DNA of 50,770 bases from Candidatus Omnitrophota bacterium (GCA_029564765.1 JAKQPK010000059.1:1-50770), one strand, 5' to 3'; positions 29,075 through 38,836 are shown, counted from the stretch's first letter. Notes: a model not told the origin generated them from the letters alone. Program-made: numbers and translations.

Positions 29075-29925
29075 TTTTTAATGATCTGTGTTCCGACACC
29101 AAGGTCGGTAAAGATCTCAAGCAGGATCGCGTGCTGAAGGCGCGCGTCGATAATGTGCGCTTTGTGCACGCCACCGTTGAGCGTTTCAACGCATGAATTA
29201 ACTTTAGGGATCATCCCGCTGCTGATGACCTTACTTTTTTTTAATTGTTCGATCTCATCGACCGTCAACGTTGAGATCAAAGAATCATCTTTTGCCGGGT
29301 CCCTTAAGACGCCGCGAACATTTGTTAATACTAGGAATTTTTCAGCTTTCATCGAAGTAGCGATGGCGCTTGCGACTTCATCAGCATTGATGTTGTAGGG
29401 TTGTTTGACCTTACAGATTCCCATCGGCGAAATGACCGTGATCTTGCCAGCTTTTAAATGATTTTCGATCGCTTTTTGGTTTACCGCTGTTACTTGCCCA
29501 ACAAACCCTAGGTCTTGTGACGCGACCTTTTTGCGGACATAGACGATATTTTCATACCCTTTCAGGCCCGTAACATCACCTTTGAGCGCTTTGATCTCAG
29601 CGACGATCTGTTCGTTAAGCTTGTTGAGTTCCTCTGCCACGATCTTAAGGGTATTTTTATCTGTGACGCGGATCCCTTCATGGAAGACCGATGGGATCCC
29701 TGCGTCCTTGAGTCGTCCGCTGATGTGCGGCCCTCCCCCATGGACCAGGATCGTTTTGATACCAACATAACTTAAGAAGACCAGATCTTCAAAGATGTAT
29801 TTGCGGATCGCCGCGTTCTCTAGGATGCTGCCACCAAATTTAATGACAAAAACTTTTCGCCGGAATGCCTGGATATATGGCAATGCTTCGATCAGGACAC
29901 CAGCTTTTTTAATTATATTTTCCAT
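29071..29925 (-). CDS. argB: Acetylglutamate kinase
   Basis: From ATG 29925: MENIIKKAGVLIEALPYIQAFRRKVFVIKFGGS, then VHGGGP. The longer track ORF (to 30024) would add 33 non-conserved residues inside argJ. Confidence 0.93.
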   Translation of the reverse strand: MENIIKKAGVLIEALPYIQAFRRKVFVIKFGGSILENAAIRKYIFEDLVFLSYVGIKTILVHGGGPHISGRLKDAGIPSVFHEGIRVTDKNTLKIVAEELNKLNEQIVAEIKALKGDVTGLKGYENIVYVRKKVASQDLGFVGQVTAVNQKAIENHLKAGKITVISPMGICKVKQPYNINADEVASAIATSMKAEKFLVLTNVRGVLRDPAKDDSLISTLTVDEIEQLKKSKVISSGMIPKVNSCVETLNGGVHKAHIIDARLQHAILLEIFTDLGVGTQIIKK

Positions 29926-31051
29926 TGATCTCGACGTATCCTTTTGAAAGATCGCATGTGTAGACGGTCGCGCAGATTTTTCCAAGCCCGAGGTCAACAG
30001 TAATGCTGATCTTTTTTTTATCAAATGGGCTGAATTTTATTTTTAACTTTTGTTCGTTGACCGGTAATTCTAAAGATCCTACCGCAGCGGCAACGCGTCC
30101 CCAGTTCGGGTTGCTGCCATAGGCCGCGGTCTTGACCAGGTTTGAATTCGCGATGGCCAACGCCGCTGTTTTTGCTTGTTTTTGGCTTTTAGCGCCCGTG
30201 ACAGTGATCGTGATGAATTTTGTCGCCCCTTCCCCATCTTCAACGATTTTCTTGGCAAGCTCAAGGCAAACATAATTGAGCGCGATCTGGAACGCGTGAA
30301 AATCTCGATTTTTGTTTATGATCTTTTTGTTCCCGGCAAGGCCATTGGCAAGGATAAGGACCATATCATTTGTGCTCATGCAGTTATCAATGGTGATGCT
30401 GTTAAACGATTGATCGCAGGCAGTCGTTAGGGCCGCGTGAAGCATGTTCTGGTTGATCGCCGCATCAGTTGTCACATAGCAGAGCATTGTTGCCATGTTG
30501 GGGGCGATCATGCCTGAGCCTTTCGCCATCGCGCCGATCGATACTTTCTTTCCATCAAGCTTGATGACCGCGGCAACTTCCTTTACGGTTAGATCCGTTG
30601 TCAGAATGGCCTTTGCGGCCAGCTTTCCTTTGGCCGTGGAAAGCCCTGCGACGAGCTCAGGTGCTGCTGTCCTTATCTTTGAAAAAGGAAGAGGCCGCCC
30701 GATGATCCCTGTCGATGACACGAGAACATCATTGGCGGAGATCTTTAATAGCTGGCCGGTCACTTCGCAGGTTTTTTGTGCATGTTCGATGCCCGTTGTT
30801 CCAGTGAAACAATTGGCGTTGCCGCTATTGGTAATGATCGCTTGGGCGCGGCCGTTAGCTATATGTTTTTTTGTGACGATCAGAGGCGCCGCGATGATAG
30901 AATTCTTAGTGAAGACACCAACCGCGACAGCTGGAACCTTTGAGTGAATGAGCGAAAGATCTGGCTTGCCGGACCTTTTGATCCCGCACCAAAGCCCGTT
31001 GGCTTGAAAACCTTGGGCGAGCGTCACACCGCCTGTTGTTTTTTTCATCAT
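29909..31051 (-). CDS. argJ: Bifunctional ornithine acetyltransferase / N-acetylglutamate synthase
   Basis: 380 aa. Autoprocessing site context APNMATMLCYVTTDA. ATGA overlap with the argC stop. Confidence 0.93.
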   Translation of the reverse strand: MMKKTTGGVTLAQGFQANGLWCGIKRSGKPDLSLIHSKVPAVAVGVFTKNSIIAAPLIVTKKHIANGRAQAIITNSGNANCFTGTTGIEHAQKTCEVTGQLLKISANDVLVSSTGIIGRPLPFSKIRTAAPELVAGLSTAKGKLAAKAILTTDLTVKEVAAVIKLDGKKVSIGAMAKGSGMIAPNMATMLCYVTTDAAINQNMLHAALTTACDQSFNSITIDNCMSTNDMVLILANGLAGNKKIINKNRDFHAFQIALNYVCLELAKKIVEDGEGATKFITITVTGAKSQKQAKTAALAIANSNLVKTAAYGSNPNWGRVAAAVGSLELPVNEQKLKIKFSPFDKKKISITVDLGLGKICATVYTCDLSKGYVEINGKYN

Positions 31052-32064
31052 TGCGTCAACCCCGTATTTTCAGGAAAGCCGTACATAATATTCATGTTCT
31101 GCACTGCTTGGCCAGCAGCGCCTTTTACAAGATTGTCAATGCTTGCGGTAATAACGAGCAGATTGCCTTTGGCGGCTAGGCCAATGTCACAATAGTTCGT
31201 GTTAACGATATTCTTGATCTCTGGCTGCTGGCCTAGCGGTAAAACCCGAACAAAAGGTTCAGTTTTATAAAATTTTGTGTACAGCTGGTGCGTTTTTTCA
31301 GCATTGACCGCTTGTCCGCAATGGACGTAGATCGTTTCATAGATCCCCTGATTGATCGGCAGAAGATGCGCGACAAAGGTCACATCTACGTTATCCTGGG
31401 CAAGCTGCGATAGGCATTGGTTGATCTCGGGCGTATGTTGATGCGCCAGGACTTTGTACGCTTTAAAATTTTCATTGACTTCACAAAAATGCAAGCTCAG
31501 CGTTGCTTTTCGTCCTGCCCCGCTGACACCTGATTTGGCATCGATCACGATCGTCTGGATGTTGCGTGTTTGTGTTGACACAAACGGCGCCAGCGCGAGG
31601 ATCGCTGCTGTTGGATAACATCCAGGATTCGCGAGTAAACGAGCGTTCTTTATGTCTTCTTTATATAGTTCCGGGAGGCCGTAAACCGCTTGCGCGAGTG
31701 ATTGCGGATCTGTATGCGCTTTTTCATACCATGCCTGATAGGTGTCCGCATTCTTCAGCCGATAATCCGCACTTAGATCGATCACTCGTTTGCCTGCCTT
31801 CAACAGCCCCGGCGTGATCTCGATCGATTTTGTATGAGGAACCGCGAGAAAGACCACATCGCAGTGGTCCGTTGCTTTTTGCAGGTCAAATTCATCACAG
31901 ACGAGGTCTGATTTTCCGATAAATTCCGGATGGATCTCTTCCAGCTTGCCTTTTGTGGACCCAGCCGCGATATAGTTGATGCGTACTTTTGGATGGTTCA
32001 GCAGGATTTTAAGAAGAAATTTTCCCGTGTATCCGCTTATTCCAACGATCCCGACGTTTATCAA
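31048..32064 (-). CDS. argC: N-acetyl-gamma-glutamyl-phosphate reductase
   Basis: 338 aa. VGIVGISGYTG and active-site PGCYPT. TTG start 6 nt after SD AAGGAG. Confidence 0.94.
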   Translation of the reverse strand: MINVGIVGISGYTGKFLLKILLNHPKVRINYIAAGSTKGKLEEIHPEFIGKSDLVCDEFDLQKATDHCDVVFLAVPHTKSIEITPGLLKAGKRVIDLSADYRLKNADTYQAWYEKAHTDPQSLAQAVYGLPELYKEDIKNARLLANPGCYPTAAILALAPFVSTQTRNIQTIVIDAKSGVSGAGRKATLSLHFCEVNENFKAYKVLAHQHTPEINQCLSQLAQDNVDVTFVAHLLPINQGIYETIYVHCGQAVNAEKTHQLYTKFYKTEPFVRVLPLGQQPEIKNIVNTNYCDIGLAAKGNLLVITASIDNLVKGAAGQAVQNMNIMYGFPENTGLTQ

Positions 32065-32091
32065 AAGTATCTCCTTTAAAAATAATGATTT

Positions 32092-32120
32092 ATATTAAAA
32101 GAAAAAGCCTATCTCGTCAA
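32092..32120 (-). promoter_or_regulatory. Candidate sigma70-type promoter for the arg-lys gene string, embedded in the rpsI terminator
   Basis: Minus strand: TTGACG (32120-32115), a 17-nt spacer, then TAATAT (32097-32092). This lies about 15-20 nt upstream of the argC SD. Confidence 0.4.
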
Positions 32121-32145
32121 CGGTTTTCTCGAGGAAGATAGGCTT
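32097..32145 (-). terminator. Intrinsic terminator after rpsI
   Basis: AAGCCTATCT (32105-32114) pairs with AGATAGGCTT (32136-32145), a 10-bp stem with a ~21-nt loop. It is followed on the minus strand by TTTCTTTT (32097-32104). It lies 28 nt after the rpsI stop. Confidence 0.6.
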
Positions 32146-32173
32146 GTTTAATGCAAAAAGAATTTTTAAAATA

Positions 32174-32569
32174 TTAGCGCTTAACCCATTGAAATTTCTT
32201 TCTTGCCCCTTTCTGCCCCGGCTTCTTTCTTTCCTTCATTCTTGGGTCGCGACTTAATAGCTTTGCCTTTTTGAGCACGCCTCGCATGTCTTCATCACAT
32301 TTGGCGAGCGCACGTGACAGCCCTAATTTGATCGCATCTGCTTGCCCTGGCAAACCACCGCCATTAACTTGTGCGATGATATCAAATTTATTTAGGTTAT
32401 TGGTAATGCTTAACGGCATCAACACGCGTATGCGGTCGCTTTCGGATGGAAAATAGTCGTTAAAAGCGCGTTTGTTAACCTTGACGGCCCCTGTTCCCGG
32501 CATGATCGTTACTCGGGCGGAAGCTGTCTTTCGTCGGCCTGTTGCGGCATATTTAACAATCTCAACCAT
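32174..32569 (-). CDS. rpsI: 30S ribosomal protein S9
   Basis: 131 aa. ..GGGLPGQADAIKLGLSRAL.. with a C-terminal basic tail ..RKKFQWVKR. Confidence 0.97.
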   Translation of the reverse strand: MVEIVKYAATGRRKTASARVTIMPGTGAVKVNKRAFNDYFPSESDRIRVLMPLSITNNLNKFDIIAQVNGGGLPGQADAIKLGLSRALAKCDEDMRGVLKKAKLLSRDPRMKERKKPGQKGARKKFQWVKR

Positions 32570-32574
32570 AAAAA

Positions 32575-33015
32575 TTAAACCTCCAATACGATCGGTTTTT
32601 GCGCCTGGTGACCATGTTTGTCGCCGGCGTACAGATATAATTTTTTGATGATCTTTGATCCCAAACGGTTCTTTGGTAGCATACGCTGGATAGCTAACTT
32701 TAAAACCTGGGTTGGTTTGCTTGTTAGCATGTCAGCAAGCACAACACTTTTTTGGCCTGAAGGGTATCCTGAGTAGCGCTGATAGACCTTTTGTTCAAGC
32801 TTGCGGCCTGTTACTCGGATCTTTTCAGCATTGATAATGATCACCATGTCGCCGGTATCCGTGTGCGGTGTGTAGATCGTTTTGTGCTTGCCGCATAAAA
32901 TGGAAGCAGCTTTCGCAGCGACACGCCCGAGGACCTTGTTGGTGGCATCAATCACATAGCATTGACGCGTCACGTCCGTTTTCTTCGCCATATATGTCTT
33001 TGTCTTTTTGATCAT
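32575..33015 (-). CDS. rplM: 50S ribosomal protein L13
   Basis: 146 aa. ..TYMAKKTDVTRQCYVIDA..LGRVAAKAASIL.GKHK..YTPH.D.GD.VI..NA.K. Confidence 0.97.
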   Translation of the reverse strand: MIKKTKTYMAKKTDVTRQCYVIDATNKVLGRVAAKAASILCGKHKTIYTPHTDTGDMVIIINAEKIRVTGRKLEQKVYQRYSGYPSGQKSVVLADMLTSKPTQVLKLAIQRMLPKNRLGSKIIKKLYLYAGDKHGHQAQKPIVLEV

Positions 33016-33056
33016 AGCTTATCCCACAGTCATTGAACGATTAATAATAAAGTGAA

Positions 33057-33084
33057 AGTATATCAGTTTTCATTAAAATGTCAA
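33057..33084 (-). promoter_or_regulatory. Candidate sigma70-type promoter for rplM-rpsI
   Basis: Minus strand: TTGACA (33084-33079, overlapping the truA stop), a 16-nt spacer, then TATACT (33062-33057). The -10 hexamer ends about 40 nt upstream of the rplM ATG. Confidence 0.45.
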
Positions 33085-33836
33085 TAATTTACTTTGTATA
33101 AACAGAGTCCATGCGCGGCAGCGGTCTTTCCCGCTTTACGCCTATCACCCGACGCCATGATCGCTTTTAGGTCCTTTGGGCGGATGCGCCCCGCGCTCAC
33201 ATCCAGCAAAGTGCCAACAATGTTGCGGACCATTTTATACAAAAACCCATTCGCTTCAATATCGCAAAAGATAAAATCTTTTCGACGGCGTAATACGATC
33301 TTGTTGACCGTTCGAACGGTCGTTTTGCTCTTATCCCGTCTTTTCTGTGATGTCGCGGATCCCCTGAAAGCCCGGAAATCATGCCGGCCGATAAAGACAC
33401 GGGCAGCTTTTGTGAGCATTGGGATATCGATCGGCTGACGGATGTGCAGGCAGAATTTTCGTTCTTTCGCACAGCGTGATTCGCGATTTAAGATCGTGTA
33501 GCGGTAGATCTTGGAGCGCGCGGAAAATTGCGCGTGAAAAACGTCACTCACCTTTTTTACACCCAGGATCGCGATGTCTTCAGGCAGGTTCGCGTTCAAG
33601 GCCTTAAGAAGAACAAAAGGCGTTATGGATGATGATAGGCGGACATGCGCGACTTGTCCCAGCGCGTGTACCCCGCTATCGGTGCGTCCAGCCCCGATCA
33701 CGGTCACAGGATGCTTGACGATCTTCTCCAGAGCTTTTTTGATCTCTGCTTGAACGGTACGCTCGTTTGCCCGTTGGATCTGCCAGCCACAGAAATCTGT
33801 CCCATCGTATTCGATGGTAAGCTTGAAATTCGGCAT
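33081..33836 (-). CDS. truA: tRNA pseudouridine(38-40) synthase
   Basis: 251 aa. YDGTDFCGWQIQ and catalytic-Asp motif GAGRTDSGVHA. Confidence 0.93.
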   Translation of the reverse strand: MPNFKLTIEYDGTDFCGWQIQRANERTVQAEIKKALEKIVKHPVTVIGAGRTDSGVHALGQVAHVRLSSSITPFVLLKALNANLPEDIAILGVKKVSDVFHAQFSARSKIYRYTILNRESRCAKERKFCLHIRQPIDIPMLTKAARVFIGRHDFRAFRGSATSQKRRDKSKTTVRTVNKIVLRRRKDFIFCDIEANGFLYKMVRNIVGTLLDVSAGRIRPKDLKAIMASGDRRKAGKTAAAHGLCLYKVNY

Positions 33837-33842
33837 GCCGAT

Positions 33843-34847
33843 CTATTTTTTGATCAGTTCTTCAGCGATCTGAACCGCGTTAGTGGCAGCGCCCTTGCGA
33901 AGATTGTCAGCTACGATCCACACCCAGAAGGCGTTTTTGACAAAAGGGTCCCGACGGATACGGCCAACAAATGTTTCATCTTTGCCATCGCAGTGGATAG
34001 GCATTGGATATTTGTTGTTTTTTGGGTCATCCATAAGGATAACACCTTGAGCCTTTGACAGAAGGGCGCGGATCTTTTGCACTGTACACGGCTTTGAGGT
34101 CTCAAAATAGACCGCTTCGCTATGGCCGTTGCGGACCGAAACACGGACCGCCGTGCAAGAGATCTTGATCTTTTTGTCGTGAAAGATCTTATGGGTCTCA
34201 TGAACGACCTTCCATTCCTCTGTCGTGTAGTCATCATCGGAAAATCCTCCGATGTGCGGGAAGAGATTAAAGCTGATCGGATCCCCCATTGGACGCTCGA
34301 CACTTTCTGGCGTATTGGTGGCCCATTGGCGGTACTCATTCTCGATCTGCACGATGCCGCTGCGACCAGAGCCAGAAACAGCTTGATAGGTCGAAGCAAT
34401 GATACGTTTAAGGCCAAATCTTTTATAGATCGGCGCTAACGCGACGATCATCTGGATCGTGGAGCAGTTAGGGTTGGCGATGATCCCCTTATGGGTTTTG
34501 ATGTCTTTGGCGTTCGCTTCAGGAACCACCAGTGGAACATCTTTTTTCATGCGAAAGTCCGCGCCGTTATCAATGACAACAGCCCCTTCCTTGATCGCTT
34601 GCGCGGCAAAAGCATTCGCAGCTCCTTTTTCGCCTTCTGTTCCAGCAAATAAAGCGATATTGACACCCTTAAAAGCTCCATCTTTTAATTCTTTGACCGC
34701 GTATTCGATACCGTCGATCGTGATCGTTCGGTCGCTGCGGGCAAAAACACGCAGATCACCAACAGGAAACGCGCGCTGCTTGAGAACGCGGATCATTTCT
34801 TGGCCTACAGCTCCGACACCAACAACAGCAACAGTATATTTTTTCAT
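33843..34847 (-). CDS. asd: Aspartate-semialdehyde dehydrogenase
   Basis: 334 aa. VAVVGVGAVGQ and active-site NPNCSTI. Confidence 0.95.
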   Translation of the reverse strand: MKKYTVAVVGVGAVGQEMIRVLKQRAFPVGDLRVFARSDRTITIDGIEYAVKELKDGAFKGVNIALFAGTEGEKGAANAFAAQAIKEGAVVIDNGADFRMKKDVPLVVPEANAKDIKTHKGIIANPNCSTIQMIVALAPIYKRFGLKRIIASTYQAVSGSGRSGIVQIENEYRQWATNTPESVERPMGDPISFNLFPHIGGFSDDDYTTEEWKVVHETHKIFHDKKIKISCTAVRVSVRNGHSEAVYFETSKPCTVQKIRALLSKAQGVILMDDPKNNKYPMPIHCDGKDETFVGRIRRDPFVKNAFWVWIVADNLRKGAATNAVQIAEELIKK

Positions 34848-34874
34848 GACGATATTCCTTATTTGTTATTTTTC

Positions 34875-35930
34875 TTATAGATTTTCAACCACTAGATCTC
34901 CAACTTGCGCTGTGGAGTAACCCATTTTTCCTGCGGCAAGGGTCTTGAGCTTTTCGCGGACGATCTTTTTAACCGAGGTTTCGATCAGATCAGCCGCGTT
35001 AGCTTCTCCGACTTCACGCAATAACATGCCCATTGCGCAAATGGCCGCCAACGGATTGATGATGTTCTTTCCTGTATATTTAGGTGCTGAACCGCCAATG
35101 GGCTCGAACATCGAAACGCCGTTTGGATTGATATTCCCGCCAGCAGCGATCCCCATGCCACCCTGGATCATCGCGCCTAGGTCCGTTATGATATCGCCGA
35201 ACATATTGTCCGTCACGATCACGTCGAACCACTCGGGATTTTTTACGAACCACATGGTCGTTGCGTCTACATGAGCGTAATCTGTTGTAATATCTGGATA
35301 TTCTTTGGCGATCTCATGGAATGTCCGTTCCCAAAGGTCGAACGCGAAGGTTAGGACATTTGTTTTTCCGCATAAGGTCAGTTTCTTTTTTCTGCCAAAT
35401 TTTTTGGTGTACTCAAACGCGTAGCGCAAGCAGCGTTCAACGCCTTTGCGCGTATTGTGAGAGACCTGGATCGCGACCTCATTTTTTTTGCCTTTATTGC
35501 GAAACTCCCCTAATCCTTTATAAAGCCCTTCTGAATTTTCTCGGATGACCGTAAAGTGAACATCATCCGGCGTTTTATCCTTAAGAGGGCAAAAACGCTC
35601 ATCGTACAGGACAACAGGACGTAAGTTGATGTATTGGTCCAGATCAAAGCGAAGTTTTAAGAGAATGCCTTTTTCCAGGATGCCTGGTTTAACATCCGGA
35701 TGTCCGATGGCGCCTAAGAAGATCGCATCGAAGGTTTTAAGCTCTTTAACGGCTGTTTTTGGCAGGACTTCTTTTGTCCTTAGATATCTCTCCCCGCCAA
35801 AATCATAGTTGGTTGTCGTGTATTTGAATCGGCATTTTTCAGAAACGGCTTTCAAAACCTTCAGGCCTTCAGCGACGACCTCAGGGCCTGTTCCATCTCC
35901 GGGGATAACGGCTAATTTGTAATTTTTCAT
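34875..35930 (-). CDS. leuB: Isopropylmalate/tartrate dehydrogenase family enzyme (LeuB-like)
   Basis: 351 aa. AVIPGDGTGPEV, RENSEGLY, NMFGDIITDL, and GSAPKYTGKNIINPLA. No leuA/leuC/leuD gene is adjacent, so the substrate is not certain. Confidence 0.7.
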   Translation of the reverse strand: MKNYKLAVIPGDGTGPEVVAEGLKVLKAVSEKCRFKYTTTNYDFGGERYLRTKEVLPKTAVKELKTFDAIFLGAIGHPDVKPGILEKGILLKLRFDLDQYINLRPVVLYDERFCPLKDKTPDDVHFTVIRENSEGLYKGLGEFRNKGKKNEVAIQVSHNTRKGVERCLRYAFEYTKKFGRKKKLTLCGKTNVLTFAFDLWERTFHEIAKEYPDITTDYAHVDATTMWFVKNPEWFDVIVTDNMFGDIITDLGAMIQGGMGIAAGGNINPNGVSMFEPIGGSAPKYTGKNIINPLAAICAMGMLLREVGEANAADLIETSVKKIVREKLKTLAAGKMGYSTAQVGDLVVENL

Positions 35931-35956
35931 CTGAACACTCCTTATTTAAAATAAAA

Positions 35957-37201
35957 CTATCCTTGAAATTTTTTAACGATCAGCGATGCATTGTGGCCGC
36001 CAAAGCCAAGAGAATTTGACATTGCGGCATTCACTGTGAGTTGGCGAGCCTGATTGGGAACATAATCGAGGTCGCAGTTAGGGTCAGGATTTTCATAGTT
36101 GATCGTTGGTGGAACGATATTGTTCATAGTCGCCAAGACAGACGCGATGAATTCAACCCCTCCCGCGGCTCCCAGCAAATGGCCGGTCATGGATTTTGTT
36201 GAGCTGACTGGTATTCGATAGGCGTATTCACCAAATGTTTTCTTGATCGCAAGGGTCTCTACTTTATCATTAAGTTCTGTGGATGTTCCATGCGCGTTAA
36301 TATAAGAAATATCTTCAGGTTTTAACTGAGCATCTTGGATCGCTGAGACCATCGCGCGGATGGCGCCTTCTCCGTTTGGCTCTGGGGCTGTGATATGATA
36401 AGCATCAGATGTGCGGCCGTAACCAACCAATTCCGCAAGGATCTTAGCGCCGCGTTTTTGCGCGTGCTCCAGGGATTCCAAGACAACAATACCAGCACCC
36501 TCACCCATGACGAACCCGTCTCGGGCCGCGTCAAATGGACGGCTTGCTTTTTCAGGGGCGTCATTTCGCTGGGATAGTGCCTTGATGGCTGAAAAGCCGC
36601 CGACCCCCATCGGGGTGTTGGCAGCTTCTGTGCCTCCCGCGATCACGATATCTTGCTCTCCGTATTGGATCAAGCGAAACGCGTCACCAATGGCATTGCT
36701 GGCCGTCGCGCAAGCGGTCACGACACAAGTTGCCAGGCCTTTGGCCTTCGCTTCGATCGCGATCTGTCCGCACGCCTCATTAACGATGAACTGGGGAATA
36801 AAAAAAGGTGAGATCTTTTTAGGCCCACGGCTAAGATATGTTTGAAAATTGTGTTCAAATGATTCTAGGGCACCCACCCCGGATCCGACAACCACTCCGC
36901 AACGAAATTGATCCATGGAGTCTGTGTTCAGCTGCGATTGCTTGATCGCCTCACGGGCGGCCACGACACCTAATTGAATAAAACGGGACAGATGCCTTGC
37001 TTCTTTGACGTCAAAATGATCAGCTGGGTTGTAATCGCGGACATCGCCGCAGATCTGGGAAGGAAAATCGGTCGGATCAAAACGGTCAATGCGATGGATA
37101 CCGCTTTTTCCGGCTAATAGCCCTGCCCAGAATTTCTCAACACCACTGCCAACCGGCGAAAGCACACCCATTCCTGTGACGACAACGCGTTGTTTGTTCA
37201 T
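35957..37201 (-). CDS. fabF: 3-oxoacyl-ACP synthase II
   Basis: From ATG 37201: MNKQRVVVTGMG.. Active-site Cys context ACATASNAIG, His motifs HGTSTELND and GHLLGAAG, and C-terminal GFGGHNASL. Confidence 0.95.
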   Translation of the reverse strand: MNKQRVVVTGMGVLSPVGSGVEKFWAGLLAGKSGIHRIDRFDPTDFPSQICGDVRDYNPADHFDVKEARHLSRFIQLGVVAAREAIKQSQLNTDSMDQFRCGVVVGSGVGALESFEHNFQTYLSRGPKKISPFFIPQFIVNEACGQIAIEAKAKGLATCVVTACATASNAIGDAFRLIQYGEQDIVIAGGTEAANTPMGVGGFSAIKALSQRNDAPEKASRPFDAARDGFVMGEGAGIVVLESLEHAQKRGAKILAELVGYGRTSDAYHITAPEPNGEGAIRAMVSAIQDAQLKPEDISYINAHGTSTELNDKVETLAIKKTFGEYAYRIPVSSTKSMTGHLLGAAGGVEFIASVLATMNNIVPPTINYENPDPNCDLDYVPNQARQLTVNAAMSNSLGFGGHNASLIVKKFQG

Positions 37202-37225
37202 AGTTTTATTCAATGTTATGGGGTT

Positions 37226-37265
37226 GTTAAAATAACTTTGCCCCGACAGCAAGGTCGAGGCAAAG
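37226..37265 (-). terminator. Hairpin between acpP and fabF (likely partial terminator/attenuator)
   Basis: CTTTGCC (37236-37242) pairs with GGCAAAG (37259-37265). Inner stem: CGAC (37244-47) with GTCG (37254-57). It is followed on the minus strand by TTATTTTAA. A comparable acpP-fabF element is known in E. coli. Confidence 0.45.
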
Positions 37266-37293
37266 GATTTAGTTCATGTGTGAATGACGGTGG

Positions 37294-37530
37294 CTATTTC
37301 GCAGCTTTTTCTTCGATGTATTTGATAACATCAGCGACTTTGGTCATCTTTTCAGCGTCTTCATCCGGGATCTCAATGCTGAACTCTTCCTCCAGCGCCA
37401 TAATGAGCTCGACGGTATCTAAGGAATCCGCGCCGAGATCATCAACGAATGATGATTCAGGGGTCACTTCCTCAGCTTTGACGCCAAGTTGCTCTGCGAT
37501 GATAGATTTGATCTTTTCTGCGTTTGCCAT
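37294..37530 (-). CDS. acpP: Acyl carrier protein
   Basis: 78 aa. Phosphopantetheine site [19 protein letters not shown]. Confidence 0.97.
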   Translation of the reverse strand: MANAEKIKSIIAEQLGVKAEEVTPESSFVDDLGADSLDTVELIMALEEEFSIEIPDEDAEKMTKVADVIKYIEEKAAK

Positions 37531-37557
37531 TCATAGCCTCCTTTTTCTTGTTCAGAC

Positions 37558-38298
37558 TTAAATCGCCATGCCGCCGTCAACTTTTATGGTCTGCCCTGTG
37601 ATATAGTCGGCCTGCTTGGATGCCAAGAATAAGCAGACACCAGCAACATCTTCCGGTAGCCCCATACGTTGCAGTGGAATAGCTTGAAGAATCTTTTGAC
37701 GAGCTTCTTCCTTGAGTTGATCCGTCATGTCGGTTTTAATATAGCCGGGAGCGATCGCGTTGACCGTGATGTTGCGGGACGCGAATTCTCTGGCCAAAGA
37801 TTTTGTCAGGCCGATAATGCCGGCTTTGCTCGCGGCGTAATTTGCCTGACCGATATTCCCTAAAATGCCAATGACCGAAGCGATACTGATGATCTTACCC
37901 TTGCGGGCTTTAAGCATGGATTTCGAAACTGCTTTGCAGCAGTTGAAGGTTCCTTTGAGATTGACGGTTATAACGGCATCCCACTCTTCTTCGCGCATCC
38001 GCAAGAAAAGATTGTCTTTGGTGATGCCCGCATTGTTAACCAATATATCAATGCGACCATATTTGTCAAGAAGTTTGTTGGCCATTTCATCGACTGCGGA
38101 CAGCTTTGTGACATCGCAAGCCGCGAAATCGGCCTTCAGGCCTTGGTCGATGAGCTCTTGAGCGGTTTTCTGGCAGGATTCAGCATTGATATCTGAAATG
38201 ATCGCGATCGCGCCCTCTTTGGCGAAGGCTGTTGCGATCTCGCGGCCGATACCTCGAGCGGATCCTGTGACAAGAACTATTTCGTCTTTGAATTGCAT
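37558..38298 (-). CDS. fabG: 3-oxoacyl-ACP reductase
   Basis: 246 aa SDR. TGSARGIGREIA, NNAG and YAASKAG. Confidence 0.93.
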   Translation of the reverse strand: MQFKDEIVLVTGSARGIGREIATAFAKEGAIAIISDINAESCQKTAQELIDQGLKADFAACDVTKLSAVDEMANKLLDKYGRIDILVNNAGITKDNLFLRMREEEWDAVITVNLKGTFNCCKAVSKSMLKARKGKIISIASVIGILGNIGQANYAASKAGIIGLTKSLAREFASRNITVNAIAPGYIKTDMTDQLKEEARQKILQAIPLQRMGLPEDVAGVCLFLASKQADYITGQTIKVDGGMAI

Positions 38299-38396
38299 AT
38301 GATTTTTATAAAATGTGTGAAATCCGCACTTATATTATCAACTAAATTTTCTTTTGCAAGGAAAAATAATAAATTTTTTTTAAAAATGTTGTTGGC

Positions 38397-38801
38397 TTAC
38401 AGAATTTCGATCTTTACGTCGACGAGGCCTTGGCGGGTAGGCGCGATCATGCGAAAAGCAGAACGTGTGAGGTCGATGCGGCGCCCTTGAGCGACGAATC
38501 TCTGATGTGGCCCGCGGTCGTTAACGCGCACAATGATGGATTTTCCGTTCGAAAGATTGGTAACGCGGACCATGCGATTGAACCCGACTCCCCAGATCGC
38601 GCATGTCATTTCCGTATCATCGAAGATCTCATTGTTGGCCGTACGTTTGTTGATGCCTGGGGATTGCTTGGAATACCAGGAGGCCTTCCCATAGATCGTA
38701 TTGTTCTTGAGCCCATAAGACGCTGGCGGACGGGACGCCAAAGCGGTTGGAATGGCGCAAAGGATAAAGGTAATGATGATCGTGAATGTTATGCGTTTCA
38801 T
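38397..38801 (-). CDS. rlpA: RlpA-like lytic transglycosylase (double-psi beta-barrel)
   Basis: 134 aa. Signal peptide, then GKASWYS.. and ..IIVRVNDRGP.. motifs typical of RlpA/DPBB_1. Confidence 0.75.
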   Translation of the reverse strand: MKRITFTIIITFILCAIPTALASRPPASYGLKNNTIYGKASWYSKQSPGINKRTANNEIFDDTEMTCAIWGVGFNRMVRVTNLSNGKSIIVRVNDRGPHQRFVAQGRRIDLTRSAFRMIAPTRQGLVDVKIEIL

Positions 38802-38836
38802 TTTATAATGGTTCTGGCCGGGTTAAATGTGTACCA

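Noticed and set aside
30495-30947. 150-aa plus-strand ORF inside argJ. Comparable large antisense ORFs occur at 33911-34417, 34459-34920, 41556-42116, 43024-43479 and 49151-49657.
   Set aside because: All lie entirely within strongly supported genes (argJ, asd, ispG, ispH, the recombinase) on the opposite strand or in a different frame. None has a recognisable motif.
32065-32173. A small RNA gene or tRNA between rpsI and argC.
   Set aside because: The single long hairpin followed by a T tract, plus -35/-10-like hexamers, is fully explained as a terminator with an overlapping promoter.
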